Shown: positions 53,560 through 64,000 of the stretch, one piece after another
Numbering within the stretch: the stretch's first letter is position 1
Layout of the letters: the number at the start of each line of letters is the position of its first letter
Assembly (NCBI GenBank): GCA_964016885.1
Contig: OZ024740.1
Span: 379,688,001-379,752,000 of the forward strand
DNA length: 64,000 bases
Direction: 5' to 3'
DNA from: Eledone cirrhosa
Taxonomy: Eukaryota
Program-made: the position numbers and the translations under genes
The notes under the pieces: model-generated
What the model saw: only the letters and a program-made list of their open reading frames with translations
Told to the model about the DNA's origin: nothing
The model's database searches: none

Positions 53560-54330
53560 TCCATAGAAAAAAATGTAAATCATCTGGAAACGATACTTGT
53601 ATAGTGGTATGTGCATTATCCCAATAGTTCATCGATGACAGGATCAGAGATATTCCGATATCTGTATCTATCATATGACAGAAGACTAAAGATTGATCAA
53701 AGTAACATGTCGAGGGTTATTACAATGAAATAGAAGACATATATTGGATTCAAGAGCTTCATAATGAGAAGAAGGACGAGGTTGATAAATGAATCCGTGC
53801 AGTGATATCTGATGTTATATAGATCTACAACAATAATAAGATCTATAATTCAGACAAAGCTGAACTGTATTACAGAGCTTTTTCATATGATACCTTTGGT
53901 GGAGAAGATAATTGGAACCAAACCATGCAAAAGAATTGGGACTTCCAATATATCAGGAAGTGAGAAATGAAAATTATTCTTGATCTGGAAAAGTAAAGAA
54001 CCGAGGTGCTTCCATTGTAACTTATTTACGGTGTTCTATATAAACAAAACAAGAATGACGCCTAGATGACTGGAAAAAAGATTACCACATGGCTGAGCGA
54101 GTTCACAGAAAAACGATCCGGAAGAAGAGAAAAATTGGATTGCTTGTTGACAATTACATTACCCACCTAGCAGTTGAAAATCTTCAATAAGTCAAACAGA
54201 CGTTCCTTTCTCCAAACACAGCATCACTAAGTTAACTTGTGGCGAAGGAAGGAATAAAAGAAATCCTTATATAAATGCTTTAGTCAGAAAGCTGACTCTT
54301 GACATTGATTGCATTTCAAAAATATAAACG
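53560..54330 (+). mobile_element. Highly decayed pogo/Tigger transposase
   Basis: Across frames: DLYNSDKAELYYRA, SGSEK*KLFLIWKSKEPRCF, RKIGLLVDNYITH, FLSPNTASL; possible subterminal ttaattgcata motifs near 52030 and 55225. Confidence 0.65.
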
Positions 54331-55329
54331 AATCTTCTTACCAAGGAAATAAAATTACTGGATGCTATTTCTGCTATCAGAAAATAAACCATGGAACAGT
54401 CTAAAGTCTTCCATGATCTTCAATTGCTCCCAGAAGATTCATTTTACTGTTGTAGATGCATCTTTTGTAGAGGAAGAATACATAGTAACCATTTCTATCA
54501 TGATGGCGGAAGATCACTTTGAAGTGCATGTGAACGAAAATGAGGTTGAGTGTGACAACATTTCAACAGATAAAGTTGATGAATTATTATGCAAGATAAA
54601 ATGTTAATGATGACACTTCTACATGTCTACATTGCTAATAGTCGTTAGGCCCACTTTGTCAAAAGTTTGCAGATTCTCAGAAGAGAATAACAGTGAGAAT
54701 GACGTTTGTGAATCCGCAGTAGCTAGAGATCGTAGACAGTCGATGATAACGTAATTTATCAATTGGACACCATACTGACATTTAAAATTCAATACTGGTG
54801 CAAACTGAAAATTTATCGCTTAAACATCAAATTTATCACTTTAATTTATCACTTGAGCATTGTTCATGGATATTTGAACAAACGAAAGCAACTTTGATTC
54901 TACCTCCACAAAACGTAAAAAATAATTAATTAATTAGTTTCTTGTTAAGGAAAATTATTGTAAATCGATTAAGTATGTCATTTGAAGGTGAACACGTCGA
55001 TCTGCAATCATTTTCCAATACTTTAAACAAATAAATATTAGTATTCCCTGCTGATTCAGACATTTCTTTACATTTAAAACAATACAAAATGTACACACCC
55101 GTTTTAATCTTGTTATATTATACAATCCATAAATATGTAAAAGCGACAAGATCTTGTACTGACAATATATAGAAATTTCGAATTTATTGCCTAATATGTG
55201 AATTTGGTTAATTGCCTACTCCGATTAATTGCATAAGAATTTCCATCACGTAAGCTATTCAGTTAAGCGGAATTAGCCTTTTTCAGCTTGTGAATTCATT
55301 AGTACATTCGTGCTCGAAATTCTAAGTTT

Positions 55330-57555
55330 GTTTCTGTTTGATGTCACATTCATCGGAAACTTCAATAAACAAAACTTCTTCTACTCCTTGTTCTTCACCA
55401 AACTAACGCAAAAGACACATCGTTTGCTATATTTGAACTACTTGCTCCATGTTGTTTCCCCAGTCACATTTCAGACTTATACACCAACTCTCCGAAGACA
55501 CTCCTATAACCTTTCTTGTTTCAACTCCCGTCTTTGCACCCCAACATCAGCTCATTGCCTAGTCAAAATCCCGCCGAGTTTAACTTTGCCTTTCACCCTT
55601 AAGGTGTCGATAAAATAAAGCACCAATAATTCACTGGGGTAATTGCTGCCCAAAGTAGAAACAATTATATATTTCTAGTAAACAATAAATTCTGTCCTCT
55701 GTATCCTTTGGAACTTCAAGACAGAAAACTACTTGGAACTTCGCCTGTCGAATGCTGATTACCATTGTCAACAAATGTGCTTCAATTCTGACTTATCTAA
55801 GACATCTATCATTTTAGATATTCTTCTTACATCACTCCAATTATTAAATTCTACAATCCACCTATAAAGGGCTTCATTCGCTGTTGCAATGCAGCTGTGT
55901 ATGAGAAGACATTTGCCTCATAATAAAACTGCTACATTTGCTTCTAAACTTTGAAAGCAGAGCCCACCTCATACCAAACCCTTCTTCTCCTCTCTATCTC
56001 TCTCATAAGGACGTACAAATAATCCTTGGCTGCTTAAACCGAACAAAGCAATTTGAATCAGAACTTGCCCTCCTCAGTATCAATCTATAGGATCACGAGA
56101 CATTTTGTCTCATTATCAAGAAAGGCATTCTTTCTAACTTTGTCACTATATTACCCTCACAATAGTTGTAAACTACCAACTCCCATTGCACATTGAGTGT
56201 ATCTTTCTTCAGAGTGACTACCGTTAGTTTTTTTGTATAACTAAATATAGGGAATACTCAATCTTTTGTATCCAATACCAGTAGTATTTTATCCCTGTGA
56301 GCTTCACCGAAAACAATGTTATTAAGCTTGATGTAAACAAAAATGTCAACGATATATGAAATGAAAACCTTTAAGGCAAGTTATTCCTTTGAACCCCGTC
56401 TCTTCGATCAGAATCTCGCTGCATTACACTCTTTTGAGGTATTCTCTCCGGCCTCATCTTATCAAATCAAGATATACATGAAGGTTGCCTACTTCTCCCA
56501 AATGCCTCCTGTCACAGAGAGTGACTACAAAAATAACATTTAATACTAACATGGTAACCTAGTCTCCTTTAATTACCCCATTATAAAGCCATTGCACTTA
56601 TCAAAGAAACAGCATTTTACTACACATTGCATAGTCTTGCACAATGTTCAACAAAATCCATCAAATTTGTTACAAATGTTAGGTCTTACGTTTTTAGATT
56701 ATCTCTATTACAGCCTCACATATAAAAAAAGTTAGTCTGTCCCAAGCCAAGAGGTTCATCTGGCCGGCGCTCATATCAGTTTCATTAACGTTTAACGACT
56801 GAGCGTGCAAGACCTTAGTCCTACCATCTCATTTCACAAACAGAACGCCGTTCTATCGCAAGATTGACCATCTGCTGCAGGTAATACTAATGTTCTGCTG
56901 ACTTCACACGAAAATTAAGTGTTTTTTCAAAAGAACACTCGCTCCAGGAATTGAACCCACAATATTCGCCCAAAATTCTAACCACTGGTTCGCGTGCCTT
57001 CACGACCCCACATATACAACGTTATGAAGACTGTAGACTCCAAACAGAAGATACTTCAATCTTGACTAGTTGTTAACCCTCAACAATTCTCAAATGCGAT
57101 TCATATTTTAGTAATTAGTTTATGTGGAACAGTACTTCTGCTACACAAACATGCATTTCTTACAGCATTAAAAATATCATGTCTCTGATTGGTAGATTCC
57201 TTTACCAACATATTACAACCAATAGGCGACTTGATGAACTAGTTGCTCTTTCTCTTCTTTCTACCTCTGCTTATCTGAATTAGTCAGCTAGACGCTTCCT
57301 CCACACAAGCCTACACAAAATACCAACGTGCAAGCTATTCATGGCCTCCACACAAAGCTACTTTGAAACATTCACTCATTCATTTTTAACCGTTCTTAGT
57401 GTCTCTTCCTTAGACTCTGCTCTAAGCACCTCCACCCCGCGAAAATGTGTATACACCTGAAATTTCTTCCCTGTTAATGTTTCGCTTTTCTTTCTCTATT
57501 GGCGTCGACCTGTTGAAGTTCAAACTTAACATCAACCAAATCGATCTCACCAGCT
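55330..57555 (+). mobile_element. Very old LINE remnant interrupted by SINEs
   Basis: 3' end reads ..FKLNINQIDL; C/A-skewed decayed coding texture. SINE A at 55560-55668; V-like SINE at 56730-57003 (-). Confidence 0.35.
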
Positions 57556-58309
57556 TTGAGAATAAATAAAGGTCATAGCGTTGCCACTCCTCTTCCAATT
57601 AATTACTAAAAATATATTCTACACAATCTGCCTACATTCGGAAATATATTTTATAAACAACGCCTTGTTTAAAAGGGTAGTAGGAACTAATTACGTAGAC
57701 GCATATTTATTAATCAAGTGTGCTGTGTGTTAGATTAGAAAATAGCCAGAGTCACTACAAGCCAAATGCAATATATTATTTATTAAAATGTCAGACAAAA
57801 AGTGAAAGTTACTTAACTGCTAGAGACGTTGGCAGTGGCAACCAGACTGAAAATTTTATTTCTGATTTGACATTTCTTCATTCAAGTACGGCTTTGGGTT
57901 TCATCGATTTAATGCATACAAAATAAACAACAGGAAGACTTATGAATGTTCTAGTCTATTCACCTAATTTTTATTATATTTAATATAATGAATTGAACTC
58001 CAATTATCGAAGATTATGTTTTCAATTAGAAGACAGAGCTTTTTCAAATCTAAGAATAACAAACACGGGAGAAAACTCTATCAACGTCAGCTAATCCAAT
58101 TTATGGGAAAATAAAGAAAATGTGGTTGGCTTTGTTGTGTTGAAGCAACTAAATGTGCGTTCGCATTAGGCATATGTGTGTGCGTGGTAGTCGATCTGGC
58201 GGAGTGAAAAAGAGAAGTGCTGGAGGAAATTTCCTTAATGTGTACAGTGGGTAGTTGGATGCTATGCGGGCAGCAAATGTGAAGGCATTATATACTAGTC
58301 GATGGACTG

Positions 58310-58498
58310 GCGGTGGACTGGCAGTATCGGTAGAGGGTCGGACGCCATGCTTTGACGCATAGAGTTACGGCCCTTGTCATTCTGAGTTCAAATCCTGCCA
58401 AGGTTAACTTTGACTTTCATCCTTACGGGGTCGATAAAATAAAGTACCAGTAATGCACTGGGTAATTGCTGGCCTTGTGCCCAAAGTAGAAACAATTA
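58310..58498 (+). mobile_element. SINE A with TSD attatatact[a/g]gtcga
   Basis: Full core match. Confidence 0.9.
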
Positions 58499-59811
58499 TA
58501 TACTGGTCGAACTTACTTTCTACGTTTGCTTCTTGTTTACTGCTTACAGAACGGACATGGGTGAGAAGTGGAGTAAATGAGGATTACGCAAATTTGCTAG
58601 AATCTTCTAGTAAAGGACTTAAAGAGTTTGTTACAGTTCATGAGACGGGATTGCGAAAGGACTCTGAGATGCAGGAGACATTATTCGTGGCTTCGTTGGT
58701 AGTCTTGTTGGAGTTTCGTTGCTGGATGATGGGTAATTTTCTGCAAGCATTTTATGAACGTCCACTGTGCAGGTATACACCGAGGGAACCAGGAGCTGTG
58801 AATTTTGATTGTGTGTAGAATGCGGTGGGAGATGCCTAAGAGGATGGTTTCAAGTAATTTGCCTAGCAGTTCGGAGGGTCAGGAGTGGAGAACGTGTTTT
58901 GACATGGATAGTTAGTATACATTTGATTGAGCTTCGACAAGTCAGTTGACTTGAAGCGTCGTAGAGCCACGAGGTCGTGACCTTGTGAGATATGTAGATA
59001 TCGGGTGGGTAGTCGCAATAGGTCAATGGTCGAATGATCTGATATATAGCTTGGTATATGTTGGGTTTCAAGGTGAGAAAATTGAGAAAATCAAGGACAT
59101 ATCAGTTATCCGGAGTCAGTCAATGATACATTTAAGAAATTAAACTAATTTCTGTTGGGTTTTTAGAACGGTTTCAGTTTTTACACTGGGTGCATCGGTA
59201 TGGGATAAGTGTAGAGTCCAGACGATGATTTCAGATACGATTGGAGCTAGAGAAATATTCTCGATGCAAGGAGATTTTGAGTCAAGCTAACTGGAAGAAT
59301 TTGTTGCTGATATTCCTTTGGGAGACACATGACAAGAGAGTGGAATCTATATATGCGCAGACAGAGTAAAGTTTGAGTATAAAATGTAGCTTGGACAGCA
59401 GAAATAATATTTATATAAGGAGTAAGAAATTTCCATCAAGGCTAGAAAGAGGATATGTGGCTTGCGTGTTAGTAAGAAGCTGTGTGGTGTCTAGGTCCGA
59501 TGATAGGGTAGAAGATAGCAAATTATCTTTATCATCTCAATGAGCCAAGAGAAGGTTCCAGAGCTGTACCTGTTGTAGGCGCCGAGTCAATGGTAATACG
59601 TTTGATAGTGCAAGGCAGAATGCTCCGTTGTTAGGCTTGTAGCAAATGTCATTTGAGGGTTTTCTGTCTCAAGCGACCGAAAAAAAGGATAAAGAACGAG
59701 CATGTCCTAAAAGCTGCTATTCCACTAGCACCACCACTTGTACTAGTACGAACGATGATGAGGCACTCTCCCCCAACACAGAGATATAAGAGATCACATT
59801 ATGAGAAATAG

Positions 59812-59995
59812 TGGATTGGCAGTATCGGTAGAGGGTCGGACGCCATGCTTTCCAGCATAGTTACGTCCCTTTACGATCTGAGTTCAAATCCCGCCGAGGT
59901 TGACTTTGCCTTTCATCCTTATGGGGTCGATAAAATAAAGTACCAGTAATGCACTGGGTAATTGCTGGCCTTGTGCCTAAAGTAGAAACAATTAT
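59812..59995 (+). mobile_element. SINE A with 14-bp TSD attatgagaaatag
   Basis: TSD at 59798-59811 and 59991-60004. Confidence 0.93.
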
Positions 59996-60677
59996 GAGAA
60001 ATAGACAATGCTGATATCCCACTACTAACAGCAGTATTCTATCCATTTATAAAGATGGGGACTAAATGGAACTTGCAGTAGGTTGGCAGACTGTTACAAT
60101 AAAATATAAAATTAAACAACTAGTCATATCAAGAACGCCGGCGGAACCTTTTGAAGTGTATAAATACCTTATAGTCAGAACTAGCATCAATTTACTGTAT
60201 GACTTGAGGGTGACAAATCCACTCAATGTGTGGGTCGAACGGGTAGAGGAGAAAGTCTTTATTGATATCACTCCATCACTTAGCTATAAAAAGAAAAAAT
60301 GTGAGAGAACAATATACTTTTGTCCTGAAAATATGGGGCGTTTCGTAAGTTAATCTACAGCGGAGATGATTACGGGTGCTTTCATTGAACCCCGGAAAAC
60401 CGATGATATGGGGTGGACGAGCAGAGTGTTCTGATGCGGCCTAACTAGTGGTTGGATAACATTATATCTTGCTTGAGTTATTACGTCTTTAATGAGAATT
60501 TTATATTTATTTCGTGTTATATAAAATCTTAATTCGTCTCTTGTATAACCTTTTCCTCTTAATTAGTTTTATATAATTTGTCCAGCCCCATAAATATCGT
60601 CATCCCTTTAATTGTAACGTTTAATGTTTTGTGTGTACGAACCCTTGTAGCTATAAAAAGATGTTTATTATTTCGAA

Positions 60678-61050
60678 AGGGCGGTGGATTGGCAGTATCG
60701 GTAGAGGGTCGGACGCCATGCTTTCCAGCAGAGTTACGTCCCTTTACGATCTGAGTTCAAATCCCGCCGAGGTTGACTTTGCCTTTCATCCTTACGGGGT
60801 CGATAAAATAAAGTACCAGTAATGCACTGGGTAATTGCTGGCCTTGTGCCTAAAGTAGAAACAATTATTTCGATTGACTGAATCTTTAGAGCATCGGTAA
60901 AAATATCTTGCCGTATTAGTTATGGCACTTTATATTCTGAGTTCAAATCCCACCAGCCAAAATCAACTTTGCCTTTCACTGAGTTTGATTGAATAGACTC
61001 TCCCCCATAAAAGAAAGTTGCTGACTTTGTACCTAAATTAGAAAGAATTT
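60678..61050 (+). mobile_element. SINE A (TSD attatttcga) followed by an older copy
   Basis: Core match 60678-60868; decayed copy 60880-61050. Confidence 0.9.
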
Positions 61051-62111
61051 CTATTACTATTGATAGTTTGCACAGTAAATATGATGCCCAAGTATTGTCT
61101 GTAAGGTCTCAACAAAGATCGCAGAAAGAGAATTTTACTGAGTACGGGAGCCCCACAAGGCAATCTTTGAAGATCATTTTGTGATTCAAGATCTATTTGT
61201 TCGTGATAGTTTTAGTAGTATAGAGCTGAAAGCTCCTATGATAGTTAGAAGTATCTTGTTGTTGTTAGGTGGTATTAAATACATTCGAACAATTTCGATC
61301 AAGTCAGTATATTTTTTTATTTGTTCAATTTCTTTCAAGGCTACGTCGTGGTCTCCTGCTATGGTAACATCAATAATCAGATATTCACACCTATTATGTG
61401 CATAACCACAGTATCAGGTCTGTTGTGTTTTATCCTGTGGTCTGTTTGGAGAGTGACGTCTCAAGGTATCTTGGTTTGTCTGTCATCAAGGAAATCCTCT
61501 GGGATATGCGGATACCACTTATCCAACACTTAGTATTCATATTTCTTTACACAGTGACGAGTAACAGTATATGCAGACCTTATCATGACATTTTTTACTC
61601 TCGTTTTGAGTTAGTATTTTGCATATGCTATGTGAGTGAAACTTTCTGTATTAATTCTACAAAGATGGTACTTCTCACTTTCACTAAGGTGATATATAGC
61701 TCTAGCCACGGACTTAGTTCTCAACGTTTGGTCTTGGGCTGACACTAACAGTACTTCAGTCTCCCGTTTTAGATCACTGCAGGAGAGCTAATCCTAATAC
61801 TAGACGTTTATCACTCAACCAATTACAAGTGGGCCTCGGAAGTCACTTTATTGAGGAATTTTCTTTGTTACAATTTTATTGTTACTTTTTTGTTTTCCTT
61901 ATCACACCTGTTAATACGCAAAAACCTCACACCCAAACATACGTACATGTACACATATTCACACACGCTCAATGTTTTGTTCTGTGTTGTCTTGAATGTT
62001 TCCTTCATGTGAATCCCTAAGGTTAATAAAGAAATACCCCTCCTCCTCCTCCTCCTCCTCCTCCTCCTCCTCCTCCTCCAAATCATCATCATTATCATCA
62101 TTATCATCTTC

Positions 62112-62317
62112 AGGGTGGTCGATTGGCAGAATCGCAAGTACGTCGGACAACATGCTTTGCGGCATAGAGTTAGGCCCTTTACGTTCTGAGTTCAAATCCC
62201 GCCTAGGTTAACTTTGCCTTTCAATTTTACGAGGTCGATAAAATAAAGTACCAGTAATGCACTGGGGATATTGCTGGCCAAAAGTAGAAACAATTTTTAT
62301 TATTAGTAGTAGTAATT

Positions 62318-62353
<36 letters not shown>

Positions 62354-62418
62354 ATCGTAGTAGTAGTAGTAGTAATATTAGTAGTAGTAGTAGTAGTAGT
62401 AGTAATCGTAGTAGCAGC

Positions 62419-62485
<67 letters not shown>

Positions 62486-62519
62486 ATCGTAGTAGTAGTA
62501 GCAGTAGTAGTAGTAGTAA

Positions 62520-62551
<32 letters not shown>

Positions 62552-62562
62552 ATAGTAGTAGC

Positions 62563-62602
<40 letters not shown>

Positions 62603-62603
62603 A

Positions 62604-62639
<36 letters not shown>

Positions 62640-62795
62640 AAAGGCGGTGAATTGGCAGTGTCGTTAGAATGTTGGATAGAATGCTAAGCGGTATTCATTC
62701 AGGCTCTCTGCACTCTAAGTTCAAATCCCGCCGATGTCAACTTTGCCTTTCATCCTTTTAAGGTCTATAAAATGTACCCCTCTAGTACTGGGGTC
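62112..62795 (+). mobile_element. Two SINE A copies separated by an about 340-bp (TAG)n tract
   Basis: Copies at about 62112-62298 and 62640-62795; (agt)n at 62303-62639. Confidence 0.88.
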
Positions 62796-62969
62796 ATTTC
62801 TTCCTTTATATTTCTTCCTCTTTCTCACTTCATCTCTGTTATTCTCTTTCATCATTCTGAAAGAGAATAATAGACCTGGATAAAGGATGGGCTCCGACAG
62901 CTTTAAAAAAAAATGTTCAAGAGACACTATACGACACTACATCAGGTGTTATGGGTCCATACATATATA

Positions 62970-63026
<57 letters not shown>

Positions 63027-63188
63027 CAGTAGCAATAGTAATAGTAGGAGTAACCTAGCAGCAACAAATATATCCTAATTTGAAGATAAAAATATATTGG
63101 ATTTCCAAAAATAACCCAAGACGATCGTCGCAGTAGGAAGGTAGAGGAGTATAATCAGTTTCGATTGACATTGCCGGCAGTCATTCTG

Positions 63189-63332
63189 ATTGGTGCAGTT
63201 GTTTGTTTACGTCACAAGGCTTTGCTGATGTCATCAATAGAGTTTGACGTCACGTGCATCACAAGCATTACTACACCCGCCATCAGTTTCTCTCTGTCTC
63301 ACCAATTTCTCAGTTCATATCAACAAGTAGGC
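63189..63332 (+). promoter_or_regulatory. Candidate Pol II promoter: CCAAT, three CRE-like sites, E-box, Inr-like motifs
   Basis: ATTGG 63189, TTACGTCA 63207, TGATGTCA 63226, TGACGTCA 63245 overlapping CACGTG, CCGCCAT about 63277, TCAGTT 63283 and 63310, possible donor GTAGGC 63327. Confidence 0.45.
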
Positions 63333-63664
63333 CTGTTTGATTATTGCTTCATTTATGGGTTAATCACTCCATTCTATGGTCATCCGCCTCTCTTCTTTCT
63401 CTCCTCTCACACCCTCCCTTCAAACAAATACCTTCTCTCGCCATTCCTTTTGTAGTTTAGCTATAATTCTGAAACCTTACTGCGCTCATTCTCCATCCAC
63501 TTTCTTTTTTTCTTTCTGTATTTATTTATTTATTTATTTATTTATTTTATCTATTTATTTATTTATTTATTTCCAATAGTTTATACACATACACACGTGC
63601 ACACATACATGTGTGTGTGTATATACATACCATTGTATGTATAAATGTACATATATATACATGT

Positions 63665-63747
<83 letters not shown>

Positions 63748-63907
63748 GTATGTATGTATATATATATGTATGTATATAGTTTACAAGAAATCGTTTTCGA
63801 ATAAGAAAACAAGATAAGGGTATGTGAAGAATATATGCATATATATATATATTTCAAGAATAGAAACGCCATGCAGAGATGCAAAAACACGAAGTCTTAG
63901 TTTCACG

Positions 63908-63969
<62 letters not shown>

Positions 63970-64000
63970 CGTGTGTGTGTATCTCTGTCAATCTATTCAT

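Noticed and set aside
58100-61740. Possible decayed LINE endonuclease/ORF1 on the minus strand
   Set aside because: Only faint motif resemblance; cannot be supported without a profile search.

Overview
AT-rich, repeat-dominated animal genomic DNA. The SINE families, (TA)n/(CA)n load and RTE type resemble octopod cephalopods; this is an inference, not checked. There is no intact protein-coding gene: almost all ORF-track entries are microsatellite or transposon read-throughs. Recognisable content: about 30 copies of one tRNA-derived SINE, often with target-site duplications (TSDs) starting ATTAT; other SINEs; mariner and pogo/Tigger remnants and a MITE; a 5'-truncated Penelope-like element (RT thumb + GIY-YIG); a disrupted near-full-length RTE LINE with three C-terminal C2H2 fingers heading a train of three RTE-related units; two R4/Dong-like restriction-like-endonuclease 3' ends inside microsatellites; and CR1/L2-like, Vingi-like and Expander-like fragments. 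A candidate terminal exon lies at 1266-1352 and a candidate promoter near 63190-63330. The most striking unannotated structure is a set of type I hammerhead ribozyme motifs of unrelated sequence. Three have intact cores and pairable stems I-III (31054, 32968, 40858) and several are decayed. They sit in (TA)n arrays and are mostly accompanied by an inverted copy, giving fold-back modules from about 60 bp to about 3 kb. All alignments and folds were done by eye; coordinates of decayed elements are approximate.
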